A program made the position numbers and the translations under genes. The notes under the pieces are model-generated. The model ran no database searches. It was given only the letters and a program-made list of their open reading frames with translations, and was not told the origin of the DNA. Shown one piece after another: positions 9,677 to 22,120 of a stretch of DNA of 56,109 nt. Source of the stretch: Alphaproteobacteria bacterium. GTDB taxonomy: Bacteria; Pseudomonadota; Alphaproteobacteria; Bin95. The number at the start of each line of letters is the position of its first letter. The first letter of the stretch is position 1. The stretch lies in assembly GCA_026710105.1 (NCBI GenBank), contig JAPORR010000018.1, positions 1-56,109 of the forward strand. The letters run 5' to 3'.

Positions 9677-11542
9677 TTAACGCGCCGCCCTGCCGCCCTT
9701 GCGAGCTTGTTGGCGGCGGCTCTCTTCGTCGAAGAGCCCAGCAAGCTGTTCCATCATCGCCCCGCCAAGCTGGTCGGCGTCAAAGATCGTCACTGCATCA
9801 CGGTAATAGCGGGTCACATCATGGCCGATGCCGATGGCGATCAGCTCCACTGGCGAGCGCGTTTCAATCCATTCGATGACCTCGCGCAGATGGCGTTCGA
9901 GGTAATTGCCAGGATTGACTGAAAGCGTGGAATCATCCACTGGTGCACCGTCGGAAATTACCATCAAAATGCGCCGATCCTCAGGTCGGCCGAGCAGGCG
10001 GTGATGCGCCCAGAGCAGCGCCTCGCCGTCAATATTCTCCTTCAATATGCCCTCGCGGAGCATCAGGCCGAGATTCTTGCGTGCCCGGCGCAGCGGTGAA
10101 TCCGCTTCCTTGTAGATGATATGACGCAGGTCATTCAGTCGGCCTGGATTGGCGGGCTTGCCGGCCGCCAGCCATTTCTCACGCGCATTTCCGCCCTTCC
10201 AGGCGCGCGTGGTAAAGCCCAGGACTTCCGTCTTGACCCCGCAACGCTCAAGCGTGCGAGCGAGGATATCGGCGCACATGGCCGCAACCGAAATCGGGCG
10301 CCCCCGCATGGAGCCCGAATTGTCAATCAGCAGCGAGACCACCGTGTCACGGAAATCTGTCTGCTTCTCCATCTTATAAGATAACGAGCGAATCGGGTCC
10401 GCCACGACACGCGCCAAGCGGGCAGAGTCCAGCAGCCCCTCTTCCAGGTCGAACTCCCAGGCCCGCACCTGCTGGGCCATCAGGCGGCGCTGCAGGCGGT
10501 TGGCAAGCCGGCTCACAACTCCCTGGAGGCTGGCGAGCTGTTGATCAAGATGATGCCGCAGGCGGGAAAGCTCGTCCGCGTCGCACAGCTCTTCCGCATG
10601 TATGATTTCGTCGAACTCATCGGCCCAGGGCATGTAGGCGGGGCCGACATCGTCGTTGCGGCCGTGCATCGAGGGTTCCTGTGGCGAGGACCGTCCGGGC
10701 TCCTCGTCGCCCATGCCCGGCATCATCTCCGCATCGGCATCCTCCGCGCCGGCCTCCCCGGTATCCTCGCCTTCGATGTCGGACATATCCGAAGCGTCAG
10801 ACATCAAAGTCCCGTCGCTCTCGCCTTCCGTCCCATCGCCCTCGCCGTCCTCGGAGGCGTCGTCGGCATCGTCCTCGGAGCCTTCCTCCTCGCCAGACGC
10901 GGAGTCATCCAGAAGCTCCATGTCTTCCATAAGGCGCTCGGCAAGCATCGCAAACGCTTCCTGATCGTGGATCTGGCGCGCCATGCGCGCGAACGCCTTT
11001 GCCGCACGCTCATCGAGCCAGTCCCGCCAGAGATCGAGCACTCCGGATGACACGGACGAAGAAGGGCGCCCGCTCAAGGTTTCGCGCGCGTAAAGCCCCA
11101 CCGCCTCTGCTAGCGGCACATCGTCCGCGGACGCCGCACGCGTGAAGCCTTGCCGTCGGCAGCGCTCATCGACCGCGGCCGAGAGGTTGTGCGCCGCACC
11201 TTCCATGTAGCGCGCCCCCCAGATTTCCACCCGTGCCTGCTCGAGTGCATCGAATACAGCACGCGCCTGCGGGCCGCCCCGCGCCAGCCGCGCATGCATC
11301 TCCGCATCATGATGGTGTTCGCGCAAAGCCAGCGCATCGGCCTCACCGCGCACGAAAGCGGCCTCGCCAGCCGGCAGGTCACGCCCTGGCATCGGCAGCT
11401 TGGCGTGCCCGCGCTCTAGCGACGCCCTGTCCGGGCCGAAGGAGACTTCCAGCTCGTCGATGTCGCCCATGGCACGCATCGCGGCGGCCGTGACGCGCTT
11501 GAAGGCGTCGAGCGGCGTCTCCTTGTCCCCAGTGATCTTCAC
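9677..11542 (-). CDS. cobT: Cobaltochelatase subunit CobT (vWA domain)
   Basis: Acidic linker, [36 protein letters not shown]; GTG 11542 overlaps the cobS stop (GTGA). Confidence 0.93.
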   Translation of the reverse strand: MKITGDKETPLDAFKRVTAAAMRAMGDIDELEVSFGPDRASLERGHAKLPMPGRDLPAGEAAFVRGEADALALREHHHDAEMHARLARGGPQARAVFDALEQARVEIWGARYMEGAAHNLSAAVDERCRRQGFTRAASADDVPLAEAVGLYARETLSGRPSSSVSSGVLDLWRDWLDERAAKAFARMARQIHDQEAFAMLAERLMEDMELLDDSASGEEEGSEDDADDASEDGEGDGTEGESDGTLMSDASDMSDIEGEDTGEAGAEDADAEMMPGMGDEEPGRSSPQEPSMHGRNDDVGPAYMPWADEFDEIIHAEELCDADELSRLRHHLDQQLASLQGVVSRLANRLQRRLMAQQVRAWEFDLEEGLLDSARLARVVADPIRSLSYKMEKQTDFRDTVVSLLIDNSGSMRGRPISVAAMCADILARTLERCGVKTEVLGFTTRAWKGGNAREKWLAAGKPANPGRLNDLRHIIYKEADSPLRRARKNLGLMLREGILKENIDGEALLWAHHRLLGRPEDRRILMVISDGAPVDDSTLSVNPGNYLERHLREVIEWIETRSPVELIAIGIGHDVTRYYRDAVTIFDADQLGGAMMEQLAGLFDEESRRQQARKGGRAAR

Positions 11543-12546
11543 GGCGCGTGGCCGATTTCCGACGCGACGACTGACTCGGGAAGTTCGCTGTTGAAGCAGC
11601 GCTGGAAATATTCTGCCACGATGGGCCGCTCTGCCTCGTCGCACTTGTTGAGGAATGTAACTCGAAAGGCGAAGCCGAGATCGTTGAAGATGCGGGCGTT
11701 CTCGGCCCAGGTGATGACCGTGCGCGGCGACATAACCGTCGAGATGTCACCATTCATGAAGCCACGGCGTGTAAGCTCCGCAAGCTGGATCATCCGCTTG
11801 CCGCGCTCCAGTCCCTTCTTGTCAGCGAGCTCCGGCACCTTGGCCAGGACGATCTTCAGCTCCTCGTCCTCCGGCAGGTAGTTCAACGTCGCCACCACGT
11901 TCCAGCGATCCATCTGGCCCTGATTGATCTGCTGGGTGCCGTGATAGAGGCCGGTCGTATCGCCGAGGCCGACCGTATTCGAGGTCGCAAACAGCCGGAA
12001 AGACGGATGCGGCCGGATGACCCGGTTCTGGTCGAGCAGCGTCATCTTGCCCTCGACCTCCAGCACGCGCTGGATGACGAACATCACGTCCGGACGCCCG
12101 GCGTCGTATTCGTCGAAGACGATGGCGGTTGCATGCTGCAGCGCCCAGGGCAGCATGCCCTCGCGAAATTCGGTGACCTGCTTGCCGTCGCGCACCACGA
12201 TGGCATCGCGGCCGACAAGATCAATGCGGCTTACATGGCTGTCGAGATTGATACGGATACACGGCCAGTTCAGCCGAGCCGCGACCTGCTCGATATGGGT
12301 CGATTTGCCGGTGCCGTGATAGCCCTGGATCATCACACGGCGGTTATGGGCGAAACCGGCGAGGATCACGAGCGTGGTCTGTTCATCGAAATGGTAGGCG
12401 GTATCGATCTCGGGAACGTAGTTGTTGGGCTCCGAGAAGGCGGGCGCGGCCATATCCGTGTCGATCCCGAAGACCTCGCGCACGGATACTGTCTTGTCGG
12501 GCTCACGGGTATGCGCGTCGCTCTGGATACCGTGCGTCGTGCTCAT
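11539..12546 (-). CDS. cobS: Cobaltochelatase subunit CobS (MoxR-like AAA+)
   Basis: Walker A GYHGTGKS, Walker [30 protein letters not shown]. Confidence 0.95.
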   Translation of the reverse strand: MSTTHGIQSDAHTREPDKTVSVREVFGIDTDMAAPAFSEPNNYVPEIDTAYHFDEQTTLVILAGFAHNRRVMIQGYHGTGKSTHIEQVAARLNWPCIRINLDSHVSRIDLVGRDAIVVRDGKQVTEFREGMLPWALQHATAIVFDEYDAGRPDVMFVIQRVLEVEGKMTLLDQNRVIRPHPSFRLFATSNTVGLGDTTGLYHGTQQINQGQMDRWNVVATLNYLPEDEELKIVLAKVPELADKKGLERGKRMIQLAELTRRGFMNGDISTVMSPRTVITWAENARIFNDLGFAFRVTFLNKCDEAERPIVAEYFQRCFNSELPESVVASEIGHAP

Positions 12547-12574
12547 GCGTTTTTCCAGTCGGCTCGGTGAGAGG

Positions 12575-13111
12575 CTAACGGGCCGGCGCCGCCGAGAGCG
12601 CTTCGTGCAGGACCCGATAGGCGCGGGTTATGGATTTCATGCGTTCCTCCGACGCCGGGCAGCCGCCATTGGCGTCGGGATGATAGTGCTTGACCAAGTC
12701 TTTATAGCGCGATTTCAGCACAGGGAGAGTCAGGTTGTCCGAAAGCGACATGGTTGCCGCCGCGGCGGCCTCAAGGCTTCCGGGCGGCCAACGCCGCGAA
12801 TATGGCGTCGGGCTTGCAGATCCGGGAAAGAGGTCCAGCGGGTCGTCCAAGGCCGGGGACGCGCTGAAGCGGCCACGCCGCCCGCCGCCGACCTCAAGAC
12901 TGCTGCGCACGGCCGCATCGGCGTCCGCTGGATCCGTGCCGGGGCAGAAGTTCCATTCCCGGTTATAGATGCGGACATGATCCAGGCAGAACCAGACATA
13001 GTCGTGCAGTCGGTCCGGCGCGCGTGGCGCGGGATGGGAGGCCGCCGCCGTACAGCCCGACCATTCGCAACGGGTGCCGGGAGCAGGGCGCTGTCGAGTG
13101 TGATAGACCAT
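12575..13111 (-). CDS. J-domain protein with N-terminal Cys/His motif
   Basis: CEWSGC...[14 protein letters not shown] and a C-terminal J domain with HPD; usual neighbour of cobS. Confidence 0.88.
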   Translation of the reverse strand: MVYHTRQRPAPGTRCEWSGCTAAASHPAPRAPDRLHDYVWFCLDHVRIYNREWNFCPGTDPADADAAVRSSLEVGGGRRGRFSASPALDDPLDLFPGSASPTPYSRRWPPGSLEAAAAATMSLSDNLTLPVLKSRYKDLVKHYHPDANGGCPASEERMKSITRAYRVLHEALSAAPAR

Positions 13112-13161
13112 GGCTGTCCGAGTATGGAAACACCGTAGCCAGGGAACAAGGGGGCCGGGCC

Positions 13162-13422
13162 ATGTCTGTCCGCGACGATATAGCCTGCAAGCTTCGTGAG
13201 GCGTTCAAGCCGAGTCGACTGGAGGTCATCGACGAATCACACCTGCATATCGGCCATGTCGGCGCGCGGCCCGGCGGGGAAACGCATTTCCGTGTCGAGA
13301 TCGCGACTGGCGCCTTCCACGGCATGAGCCGCATAGCTCGCCAGAAGGCTGTCTATGACGTGCTCGCTCAGGAGATGGCAGGGCCGGTACATGCGTTGTC
13401 GATCAAGGCGGAAGACGGTTAG
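13162..13422 (+). CDS. bolA: BolA family protein
   Basis: DESHLHIGH..GETHF..F.GMSRIARQKAVY..VHALSI. Confidence 0.92.
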   Translation: MSVRDDIACKLREAFKPSRLEVIDESHLHIGHVGARPGGETHFRVEIATGAFHGMSRIARQKAVYDVLAQEMAGPVHALSIKAEDG

Positions 13423-13991
13423 GCCGACTCCGCTTCCCGGTAATCTTCCGGCCAGAGCGTCCGTACCACAGGGCTCGACCGGGCAAAAGCCATGCAGCTG
13501 TCGAGGCTAGGCCCGCCTTTCATGCTCTCCGCCTCGCTCATCCCAGCCTGGCGGCGCATGTGCTCGTGCCAGGGGCCGAGTGTCTGGTAGGCGCTCGTGC
13601 CGAGCGGGTAGAGCAACTCCAGTATGTGGGTGCAACCGGCGGTTCTGCCGTAGCGTTCCTTGACCTGACGCATCCAGCCAGGGCCGATGCGCAACCCAGC
13701 GAGGCGGGCAAAATTGCCGGCGGCATTCGCGCAGACGGCATAGGGGCTCTCGAGCGTCTCCGCTTCTGCGGTTAGAATCGTCAGTCGGTCGTCGATCGTG
13801 AGGCGCACTCGCATCCGGTGGATCGGGACACCGGGCTCAACTCGCCCACGCCAGTAATTCTCGAATGCGTAGGTCTTCGTATCGACGAGCTCGGCTTCGA
13901 TGTCCCAGAGTCCGTCCTCGCGTAGGAAACCCTCACAGCGGACCCGGCGGTCGTGGAGGCGGCGGCGGGGCGCAGGCGGAGATAGTGGCAA
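13419..13991 (-). CDS. DUF2889 family protein
   Basis: H.RRV..EGFLREDGLWDIEAELVDTK, PY.VC, GCTHILELL, DSC.AF. Confidence 0.85.
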   Translation of the reverse strand: MPLSPPAPRRRLHDRRVRCEGFLREDGLWDIEAELVDTKTYAFENYWRGRVEPGVPIHRMRVRLTIDDRLTILTAEAETLESPYAVCANAAGNFARLAGLRIGPGWMRQVKERYGRTAGCTHILELLYPLGTSAYQTLGPWHEHMRRQAGMSEAESMKGGPSLDSCMAFARSSPVVRTLWPEDYREAESA

Positions 13992-14033
13992 GGGCAGGAG
14001 TCCTTCGCTGGCGAGCGGCAGGAATCAGGCGGC

Positions 14034-16727
14034 TCAACCAAGTCTGCCGTGGCAGTGCTTGTATTTCTTGCCCGATCCACAGGGACAGGGCGCGTTGCGC
14101 GCGACCTTGCCCCAGGTCGACGGGTCACTCGGGTCGGGCAGCCCATCAGGCCGCCGCGCCGGGCGGGCGGCTTGCGCCGCCGCTGCCCCGCCAGCGAAGG
14201 CAGGCTCCGGCTCGTCATGCGTCTGATGCCAGTTTCTGCCCTCTTCCGAGCGCGGCATCAGGTTGCTGGCCGGCGTGTCGAGCTGCACTTCGAGATGGGC
14301 GAGCGTGCCGGTCACCGCCTCGCGCAGCCGCACTAGCATGGCATCGAACAGCTCGAAGGCTTCCTGCTTGTATTCGTTTAGCGGATCCTTCTGGGCATAG
14401 GCGCGCAGCCCGATACCCTGGCGCAGATGGTCTAGCTGGAGAAGATGCTCCTTCCAGATCTGGTCGAGAAGCTGGAGCAGAACGCTCTTCTCCGCCTGGC
14501 GCATGATGTCCGCGCCCCAATTTGCTGCCTTCTCCGCCATGCGCCGGTCGAGCGTCGCAAGGATGCGCCGACGGATCTCCTCATCCGCAATACCCTCCTC
14601 CTCTGCCCATTCGCGAGCCGGGAAGTCGAGGGACAGAACGCGGCGCAACTCCTCCTGAAGGCCCTGTGCATCCCATTGCTCGGGGAGCGCTTTCTCCGGG
14701 ATAAAGCGCTCGACGATGTCCTCCACGACCTGGTAGCGCATGTCCACGACCTCATCATGGACATCCTCGACCTGCATCAGATCGCGGCGCTGTTCGTAAA
14801 CGACCTTGCGCTGGTCGTTCATCACATCATCGAATTTCAAAAGATTCTTTCGAATCTCGAAATTGCGCGCCTCGACCTTCTGCTGCGCCTTCTCCAGCGC
14901 CTTGTTGATCCACGAATGGACGATGGCCTCGCCCTCCTCGAGGCCCAACCGGCGCAGCATCCCATCCATGCGCTCCGAGCCGAAAATGCGCATCAGATCG
15001 TCTTCCAGCGAGACGAAAAACTTGGAGGCGCCGGGGTCGCCCTGCCTGCCAGAGCGCCCGCGGAGCTGGTTGTCGATGCGCCGGCTTTCATGGCGCTCGG
15101 TGGCAAGCACATAGAGGCCGCCGGCCTCGATAACCATCTGTCTGTCCCGCGCAACCTGCTCCAGAATTGCGGCCTCGCGCTCCTTACCCTCGGTGCGGAT
15201 GAGCATCTCCGCATTGCCGCCGAGCTGGATATCAGTGCCGCGCCCAGCCATATTGGTCGCGATCGTAACCGCGCCTGGCTTGCCCGCCTGCGCAATAATC
15301 GCCGCCTCCTGCTCGTGATAGCGCGCGTTCAGGATCTGGTGGGCGATCTTCTCACGCTTGAGCCGCTTGCCAAGCTCTTCCGACTTCTCGATGGAGACGG
15401 TGCCGACGAGCACCGGCTGGCGACGCGTCACGCAATCCCGGATCTGCTGGAGTATGGCGTCGTTCTTCTCCCGCGCCGTGCGATAGACCTCGTCATCATG
15501 GTCGCTGCGCACGGTCGGCAGGTTGGTGGGGATCTCTATCGCCTCAAGCCCATAGATTTCCGCAAACTCGCCTGCTTCGGTGATCGCCGTGCCGGTCATG
15601 CCGGCAAGTTTGTCGTAAAGGCGGAAATAGTTCTGAAAGGTGATCTGGGCGAGCGTCTGGTTCTCGAGCTGGACCGGGACACCTTCCTTGGCTTCCAGTG
15701 CCTGGTGCAGCCCTTCGGAATAGCGCCGCCCTTCCATCGCGCGGCCAGTGAACTCGTCGATGATGACCACTTTGGCATCGCGGACCATGTAATCCACATC
15801 GCGCTCGAACAGCGTATGGGCGCGCAGCGACTGGTTCAGATGGTGCAGCAGCGAGATATTATGGATGTCGTAGAGGCTGCCTTCGGTGAGGAGCCCGTGC
15901 TGGCGTAGCAGCGTTTCACTGTGCTCCTGGCCAACCTCGTTCAGGGTCACGCTGCGCTGCTTTTCATCCTTCTCATAATGCTCTGGGCGGATCTCCGCCA
16001 TCAGCCGATCGCAGCGCATGTAGAGCTCCGAGGACTGTTCGGCAGCACCGGAGATGATGAGCGGCGTGCGCGCCTCGTCGATCAGGATCGAGTCCACCTC
16101 GTCCACGATGGCGAAGGCGAAGCTGCGCTGCACCATTTCGTCGAGCGCGAATTTCATGTTGTCGCGCAGATAGTCGAAGCCGAGTTCGTTATTGGTCCCG
16201 TACGTCACATCTGCGGCGTATTGCTGGCGCCGTTCGCTGTCCGGCAGCCCGTGCGTGATGCAGCCTACGTTCAGGCCAAGGAACTCGTATATGCGCCCCA
16301 TCCACTCGGCATCGCGGCTGGCCAGGTAGTCGTTCACCGTCACGACATGAACACCCTTGCCGGCCAGTGCATTCAGATAGACCGGCAAGGTGGCGGCGAG
16401 CGTCTTGCCCTCGCCGGTCTTCATCTCGGCGATCATGCCCCGGTGAAGCACCATTCCACCTAGGAGCTGGACATCGAAATGGCGTTGGCCGAGGACGCGC
16501 TTCGAGGCCTCGCGCACCGTGGCAAAGGCCTCGACGAGCAAATCGTCCAAGTCTGTCCCGCCCGCCACACGCTCACGGAATGTGCCGGTGCGCGCCCTGA
16601 GCGCGCTGTCCGACAACGCTTCCAGTTCCGGTTCGAGCGCGTTGATCGCTGCGACCTCGGGCCGCAGGCGTTTCATGAAGCGGTCGTTATGGGTGCCGAA
16701 CAGGCGCTTGGCGACTACGCCGAGCAT
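14034..16727 (-). CDS. secA: Preprotein translocase subunit SecA
   Basis: [46 protein letters not shown] tail [18 protein letters not shown]. Confidence 0.98.
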   Translation of the reverse strand: MLGVVAKRLFGTHNDRFMKRLRPEVAAINALEPELEALSDSALRARTGTFRERVAGGTDLDDLLVEAFATVREASKRVLGQRHFDVQLLGGMVLHRGMIAEMKTGEGKTLAATLPVYLNALAGKGVHVVTVNDYLASRDAEWMGRIYEFLGLNVGCITHGLPDSERRQQYAADVTYGTNNELGFDYLRDNMKFALDEMVQRSFAFAIVDEVDSILIDEARTPLIISGAAEQSSELYMRCDRLMAEIRPEHYEKDEKQRSVTLNEVGQEHSETLLRQHGLLTEGSLYDIHNISLLHHLNQSLRAHTLFERDVDYMVRDAKVVIIDEFTGRAMEGRRYSEGLHQALEAKEGVPVQLENQTLAQITFQNYFRLYDKLAGMTGTAITEAGEFAEIYGLEAIEIPTNLPTVRSDHDDEVYRTAREKNDAILQQIRDCVTRRQPVLVGTVSIEKSEELGKRLKREKIAHQILNARYHEQEAAIIAQAGKPGAVTIATNMAGRGTDIQLGGNAEMLIRTEGKEREAAILEQVARDRQMVIEAGGLYVLATERHESRRIDNQLRGRSGRQGDPGASKFFVSLEDDLMRIFGSERMDGMLRRLGLEEGEAIVHSWINKALEKAQQKVEARNFEIRKNLLKFDDVMNDQRKVVYEQRRDLMQVEDVHDEVVDMRYQVVEDIVERFIPEKALPEQWDAQGLQEELRRVLSLDFPAREWAEEEGIADEEIRRRILATLDRRMAEKAANWGADIMRQAEKSVLLQLLDQIWKEHLLQLDHLRQGIGLRAYAQKDPLNEYKQEAFELFDAMLVRLREAVTGTLAHLEVQLDTPASNLMPRSEEGRNWHQTHDEPEPAFAGGAAAAQAARPARRPDGLPDPSDPSTWGKVARNAPCPCGSGKKYKHCHGRLG

Positions 16728-16771
16728 AAAGCCTTCCCCGAAAGATCGTAGGCGTCCCGCCCTTCGGCCTC

Positions 16772-16800
16772 GAATTAGGAACGCGGCCCCCCACTGTCAA
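16772..16800 (-). promoter_or_regulatory. Putative sigma70 promoter of secA
   Basis: TTGACA, 17-nt spacer, TAATTC on the minus strand. Confidence 0.55.
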
Positions 16801-16822
16801 CGGACCCCGTCGGCGAAGCCGG

Positions 16823-17032
16823 TCAGACAAACTGGAGGTTGTCGGCAGCAAATTTGCCTTTGCGCGGGTCCCGACGCAGCTCATAGCTGACCCGCTGCCC
16901 TTCAGCAGGGGCAGAGAGGCCTGCGCGTTGCACAGCCGAAATATGGATGAAGACATCGCTACCACCCTCATCGGGCTCGATGAATCCGTATCCCTTGGTC
17001 GTGTTGAACCATTTCACGGTACCAGTAGCCAT
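16823..17032 (-). CDS. Cold-shock protein (CspA family)
   Basis: MATGTVKWFNTTKGYGFI...DVFIHISA (RNP1/RNP2); GAGGAG RBS. Confidence 0.95.
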   Translation of the reverse strand: MATGTVKWFNTTKGYGFIEPDEGGSDVFIHISAVQRAGLSAPAEGQRVSYELRRDPRKGKFAADNLQFV

Positions 17033-17157
17033 TACGAATCGACACTCCTCAGTCGCGGCACGTCGTCTCTTTTCCGGGTATTTATTCAACGTCACGCGAC
17101 GTGGTCGCGACGCAATCCACTGTTTCAGTCCAGTGGGTTATACCACGTTTGTGTTCA

Positions 17158-17469
17158 TCAATGCGTGTCCATCAGTGCGCGGATATCCCGCAGTTCTTCC
17201 AGAACGCCTCGCAGTTCCGATTTCGGTACATCCTGTCCTGACAGCGCCCGGCGCGCCCCTTTGATGGTGAAGCGCCGTTCGTGCAGCAGTTCACGGATGG
17301 AAAGGATCGTCTCGACATCCTCGGGGCGGTAGTAGCGCCGCCCACCAGCCCGTTTCAGAGGCTGCAATTGAGGGAATTTGCTCTCCCAGAAACGAAGTAC
17401 ATGGGGTTCGAGACCGACTTCCCGCGCCACTTCGGATATCGTGCGGTAGGCGGTCGGGTGTTTTTCCAT
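17158..17469 (-). CDS. MerR family transcriptional regulator
   Basis: YRTISEVA...[26 protein letters not shown]; conserved neighbour of ihfA. Confidence 0.92.
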   Translation of the reverse strand: MEKHPTAYRTISEVAREVGLEPHVLRFWESKFPQLQPLKRAGGRRYYRPEDVETILSIRELLHERRFTIKGARRALSGQDVPKSELRGVLEELRDIRALMDTH

Positions 17470-17481
17470 GGCGGCCGGCGC

Positions 17482-17790
17482 CTAGTCCATTGTCGCACGG
17501 CCTGCATTGATGCGCTGCTTGAGCAACTGCGAGGCACGGAATGCGATAACACGGCGCGGCGGAATGGCAACTTCTTCGCCGGTGCGGGGGTTGCGACCGG
17601 TTCGCTTGCCCTTCATCCGCATGGAGAACGTGCCGAAAGACGAAATCTTCACCGTGTCCTCGGTTTCCAGCGCCCCGACGAGTTCTTCAAGAACGGCTTC
17701 CACGAGCATTGCCGAGTCGCGTCGCGAGAGGCCTATATTGCGATACACTGCCTCGCAGAGATGCGCGCGGGTCAGGGTTCTGCCAGTCAT
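17482..17790 (-). CDS. ihfA: Integration host factor subunit alpha
   Basis: [43 protein letters not shown]; fabH-ihfA-merR synteny. Confidence 0.95.
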   Translation of the reverse strand: MTGRTLTRAHLCEAVYRNIGLSRRDSAMLVEAVLEELVGALETEDTVKISSFGTFSMRMKGKRTGRNPRTGEEVAIPPRRVIAFRASQLLKQRINAGRATMD

Positions 17791-17797
17791 GAAGAAT

Positions 17798-17827
17798 ACG
17801 CTAACCCGGACAGGTATATCCGGTCAA
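17798..17827 (-). promoter_or_regulatory. Putative promoter for a leaderless ihfA transcript
   Basis: TTGACC, 18-nt spacer, TAGCGT ending 7 nt before the ATG. Confidence 0.4.
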
Positions 17828-17851
17828 CGCAAGCACCAGCGGCATTGAGGC

Positions 17852-18817
17852 TCACCATCGGGCCAGCGCCGCCCCCCAGGTAAAACCACCGCCCATGGCC
17901 TCAAGCAGCAGCATGTCGCCTTCCGCGATGCGCCCGTCCTCGACACCGGCCGCCAAGGCTAGCGGAATCGAGGCTGCCGATGTGTTGGCGTGGCGGTCCA
18001 CCGTCACGATCACCCGGTCATCACTGATGCCGAGCTTGCGCCCGGTGGCGCGCAAAATGCGCAAATTGGCCTGATGCGGTACGATCCAGTCGATGGCTTC
18101 GGGTCCGAGGTCGTTGGCCGCCAGTGCCTCGTCGACGACTGTGGCAAGATTCGTGACCGCATGCCTGAAAACCTCCCGGCCTTTCATGCGCAAATGTCCT
18201 ACCGTCTGGGTCGAAGACGGGCCACCATCGACGTAGAGCAGATCGCTATGGCGCCCATCAGAGTGCAGATGGGTGGACAGCAGATGGCGCGGGTTATCCT
18301 CGCAAGCCTCCAAAACCACCGCTCCCGCCCCGTCGCCAAAGAGCACGCTGGTCTCGCGTTCACTCCAGTCGAGGATGCGGGAAAAGGTCTCCGCGCCGAT
18401 CACCAGCGCGCGCTGCGACTGGCCGGCGCGGATGAAATTATCCGCCACGGCCAAAGCGTAGATAAATCCCGAGCAGACCGCCTGGACATCGAAGGCAACG
18501 CCTTTTGTCATGCCGAGCCCGGCTTGGATTGCCGTTGCCGTGGAGGGAAAGGTCCGGTCCGGAGTTGCGGTAGCAAGCACGATCAGGTCGAGGTCGCACG
18601 CTTCCATATCAGCGGCAACGAGCGCGCGCCTTGATGCTTCGAGAGCAAGGTCGGAGGTCTTTTCACCCGGCGCGGCGATCCGCCGCTCGCGGATGCCGGT
18701 GCGTTCGCGGATCCAGGCGTCGGAGGTGTCCATCTGTGCGGCAAGCTCGTCATTGGTGACGACGCGCTCCGGCAAATAGGCACCGACGCCGCGGAATTGT
18801 GCGCGCCAACCGGTCAA
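17852..18817 (-). CDS. fabH: Beta-ketoacyl-ACP synthase III
   Basis: [35 protein letters not shown]. Confidence 0.96.
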   Translation of the reverse strand: MTGWRAQFRGVGAYLPERVVTNDELAAQMDTSDAWIRERTGIRERRIAAPGEKTSDLALEASRRALVAADMEACDLDLIVLATATPDRTFPSTATAIQAGLGMTKGVAFDVQAVCSGFIYALAVADNFIRAGQSQRALVIGAETFSRILDWSERETSVLFGDGAGAVVLEACEDNPRHLLSTHLHSDGRHSDLLYVDGGPSSTQTVGHLRMKGREVFRHAVTNLATVVDEALAANDLGPEAIDWIVPHQANLRILRATGRKLGISDDRVIVTVDRHANTSAASIPLALAAGVEDGRIAEGDMLLLEAMGGGFTWGAALARW

Positions 18818-19851
18818 GAGGCGGTCGCCGCAACAGGCGGCGCCGTGCGCTCAAAGGCCGCGCGGACATCCTCAAGAAAACCGTGACGGCTCATATCGAC
18901 TGCAAAGCCGATCGCATTGGCGAAGGCGAAAGCGTCCGAGCTGCCATGGGCCTTGACAACGATGCCGTTCAATCCGACGAACACGGCACCGTTGTAACGG
19001 CGCGGGTCCAAACGGTCGCGCACCTTGCCGAATGTGCGCCGCGCCAGCCAGAACCCCGCCATGCCGGCAAGCGAACTCTTTGCCGCGCGTCGTAGCGCTG
19101 CGCCATAGAGCCGCGCCGAGCCTTCCAGCGCCTTGAGCGCGACATTGCCTGTGAACCCGTCGGTCACCACCACATCGACGGCGCCGCCAGTTATGTCGTC
19201 GCCTTCGATGAAGCCCTTGAAATCGAAGCCCGGCTTGGAGACGGCGCGGAGCCTGGCGGCGGCGTCGCGCAAGGCCGCGCCGCCCTTCAGCTCCTCCTGG
19301 CCGACATTAAGCAGCCCGACCGTCGGGCGTCGGTCCAGAACCGCCGAGGCGAATGCAGCGCCCATGACCGCAAACTGGAACAGGTTTTCGCCGTCGCACT
19401 CGATATTTGCGCCGAGGTCGAGCATGGCGATTTCGGCGCGCAGCGTGGGCAGGATTGAGCAGATGGCCGGCCGGCCGACGCCCGGCGGCGTGCGCAGCAG
19501 GAATTTGGATACCGCCATCAACGCGCCGGTATTGCCGGCGGAGACGACGCCGGCAGCCTCGCCGTCGCGCACTTTCCGAACGGCGTTCCACATCGACGAA
19601 CCTTCGCCGCCGCGCAGTGCCGAGGAAGGCCGGGCATCGTCAGCAATCACCTTTTCGGCGGCGTGCAATTCAACCCGGTCGCGGAGCCGCCTGAACTTCT
19701 CCAGGCTGCGCTGTAGCAACACCGTGTCGCCGTGAACTAGAAACCGTGCCTCTGGATAGCGTTCGCAGGCCATGTTCGCGCCGCTGAGAACGACATCGGG
19801 CGCCCGGTCTCCGCCCATGCCATCGAGCGCAATTAAGATGGGATCGGGCAC
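18814..19851 (-). CDS. plsX: Phosphate acyltransferase PlsX
   Basis: [42 protein letters not shown]. Confidence 0.96.
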   Translation of the reverse strand: MPDPILIALDGMGGDRAPDVVLSGANMACERYPEARFLVHGDTVLLQRSLEKFRRLRDRVELHAAEKVIADDARPSSALRGGEGSSMWNAVRKVRDGEAAGVVSAGNTGALMAVSKFLLRTPPGVGRPAICSILPTLRAEIAMLDLGANIECDGENLFQFAVMGAAFASAVLDRRPTVGLLNVGQEELKGGAALRDAAARLRAVSKPGFDFKGFIEGDDITGGAVDVVVTDGFTGNVALKALEGSARLYGAALRRAAKSSLAGMAGFWLARRTFGKVRDRLDPRRYNGAVFVGLNGIVVKAHGSSDAFAFANAIGFAVDMSRHGFLEDVRAAFERTAPPVAATAS

Positions 19852-19857
19852 AGGACC

Positions 19858-20046
19858 TTAGGCGGCTTCGTCTCTGGCTACGACGACCTCGCGGCCGCGA
19901 TAATAGCCGCATGCGGCGCAAACATGGTGCGGGCGCATCTGTTCGCCGCAATTCGGGCATTCGACATGCGTTTCAGCACCGAGGCGGTGGTGTGACCGGC
20001 GCTTGTCACGGCGCGATCGGCTCACCTTCTTTTTCGGAACGGCCAT
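19858..20046 (-). CDS. rpmF: 50S ribosomal protein L32 (four-Cys Zn-binding type)
   Basis: [19 protein letters not shown]...[20 protein letters not shown]. Confidence 0.96.
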   Translation of the reverse strand: MAVPKKKVSRSRRDKRRSHHRLGAETHVECPNCGEQMRPHHVCAACGYYRGREVVVARDEAA

Positions 20047-20128
20047 CGGGCATCCTCTTCCGGATATCTGGCAGCGGCGTTGTCTATACCAAAGCGGACG
20101 GAGCGGCAACCGCCGCCTTTGGGCCCCT

Positions 20129-21751
20129 TCATTCAACCACCGCGCGAGGCACGACACCGTCGATAGCTTCAGCGAGCTTGTCTGCAACACCCTGCATTTC
20201 TATGACGATCGTGTCCGCCCCCACCCGGCGCAGCTCTTCTGTCCAGTGTTCGTCATGGGCACGGACGATGATGCGCAGACGCGGGAAAATATAGCGTAGA
20301 CGGCCGACAATGACGGCCGCACGAACGGGGTCGTTGAACGCCACGATGACCGCACTTGCGTTCTCGACACCTGCTGACTCCAGCACTTCCGGGCGCACTG
20401 CATCGCCATGAAACACCTCGAAACCCAGCCGGCGACCAGCAGCGATATTGTCCGCATGGACATCGATGCCGACAGGCAGCATCCCCGCCTCGCGCAGCCT
20501 GTCAGCACAATGCCGGCCGGCACGGCCGAAGCCCGCGATGACAACATGGCCGGAATACGCACCCGCCGCCTCGACCCGTTCGCCCGATTGCTGCGCGATA
20601 TCCGGCAGGAGGCGGCGCCCGGCAAAAGCGAGTAGCGGAGTCGCCGCCATGGACAGCGTGACCGCCATGCCGAACAATTGCACATCCGAACTGTCGAGCA
20701 GCTCACGCCCGGCCGCCGCGCCCAGCAGCACGAAACCGAACTCGCCGCCGCCTGCGAGCAACAACCCGACATAAATTGCCCGACCGCGCGGCATGCCGAG
20801 CAGCGTCCCAATTGCAGCGACAAGCACAGTCTTGACGACCAGCAGACCGATCGTGACCGCCGCCAGCGTGCCAGCGCGCGCGACAATTCCACCCGTGTCA
20901 ATCGCCATGCCGACCGTCATGAAAAACAGCCCGAGCAGTAGGCCTCGGAAGGGCTGGATCACGACCTCGACCTGGTGGCGATGGCGGGTATCGGCCAGGA
21001 GCATGCCGGCTAGAAAGGCGCCGAAAGCCATAGAAAGCCCGGCGAGCTCCGTGGCGAGGCCGGCGCCCAGCACGATCAGCAGGGTGAGCGCGGTGAAGGT
21101 TTCGATCTGGTCTGCCCCAGAAACGGGCCCATATATCGGACGCACCACCCAGCGCCCGATGGCAAGGATGCCGGCCACCGCCGCTAGCGCCTTGAGCAAT
21201 GACCAGAAGAGCGCTTCCGCCACCGCTTCAGGCGCCCCGCCGAGCACCAGCGTGATCACAAGAAGCGGGCCGACCGCGATGTCCTGGATCAGCAGTACGG
21301 CGAAGGCGGATCGGCCGGCCTGGCTGGTCAGCTCGCCCCGTTCGGCCAGCAATTGCAGCACCATAGCGGTCGAGGAGAGCGTGAGCGCCGCCGCCACAAC
21401 GACGGCGGCCTGGGGCGGCAATCCGAATGCGATTCCGGCGCCGGTGAACACCGCCATGATCAGTAGGATCTGTAACAAGCCGAGGGCGAATTTCCCGCCT
21501 CCGAGCGCACGCAGGCGGTCGAGCGGCAATTCGAGCCCGACTGTGAACAGCAGGAAAACGACGCCGAACTCTGCCAGCGCCCGGGCGCTGTCGATCCGCT
21601 CGACTAGACCCAACGCATGCGGACCGATGACGGCGCCAGCACCGATATAGCCGAGTACCGCTGCGAGCCTGAGGCGGCGGAATAACGGCGCGGCAACTAC
21701 TGCGGCAAGCAGGAAGATCAGGACGTCAGAGAGATAGCTCGGATGCTCCAT
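20129..21751 (-). CDS. Kef-type cation:proton antiporter (CPA2) with TrkA-N domain
   Basis: [39 protein letters not shown]-terminal GFGRAG and GDA motifs. Confidence 0.9.
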   Translation of the reverse strand: MEHPSYLSDVLIFLLAAVVAAPLFRRLRLAAVLGYIGAGAVIGPHALGLVERIDSARALAEFGVVFLLFTVGLELPLDRLRALGGGKFALGLLQILLIMAVFTGAGIAFGLPPQAAVVVAAALTLSSTAMVLQLLAERGELTSQAGRSAFAVLLIQDIAVGPLLVITLVLGGAPEAVAEALFWSLLKALAAVAGILAIGRWVVRPIYGPVSGADQIETFTALTLLIVLGAGLATELAGLSMAFGAFLAGMLLADTRHRHQVEVVIQPFRGLLLGLFFMTVGMAIDTGGIVARAGTLAAVTIGLLVVKTVLVAAIGTLLGMPRGRAIYVGLLLAGGGEFGFVLLGAAAGRELLDSSDVQLFGMAVTLSMAATPLLAFAGRRLLPDIAQQSGERVEAAGAYSGHVVIAGFGRAGRHCADRLREAGMLPVGIDVHADNIAAGRRLGFEVFHGDAVRPEVLESAGVENASAVIVAFNDPVRAAVIVGRLRYIFPRLRIIVRAHDEHWTEELRRVGADTIVIEMQGVADKLAEAIDGVVPRAVVE

Positions 21752-21822
21752 TCCGGCCCTTCCGGCCCCGTTCGTGTGGGCCGGCCCACGGCGGGTTCAA
21801 CCGCGCCTCACCGAAGCGCTGG

Positions 21823-21996
21823 TCAGCCGGTGCGCTCTAGTGCTGCGATTTCATCCTTCAGCGCGAGCTTACGTTTCTTGAGCATCTGCACTTGCAGGTC
21901 GTCGGCGGTCGAACTGTTCTCGAGAGTACGGATCTCTTCGTCGAGCGCAGCATGCTGCGCGGCCAGCGCTGCCCGGCGGTCCTGCAAGTCCGTCAT
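21823..21996 (-). CDS. Small DUF465/YdcH family coiled-coil protein
   Basis: H.ALDEEI...LKKRKLALKDEI; AGAGGA RBS upstream (alternative ATG 22002). Confidence 0.85.
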   Translation of the reverse strand: MTDLQDRRAALAAQHAALDEEIRTLENSSTADDLQVQMLKKRKLALKDEIAALERTG

Positions 21997-22120
21997 GCGC
22001 ATTTTCCTCTTTGCTGCGATACTGCGGGCACGCCGCCAGCCAGTCCGTTTGCCAGACTGGCCTAAGAGGAGCGGTTTGTCACCCCGCCGGCAGCTATCCC
22101 GGCAATGCGAGGACAAGGCA

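Noticed and set aside
10780-10910. Low-complexity repeat-like tract in cobT
   Set aside because: It is the normal acidic linker of CobT.
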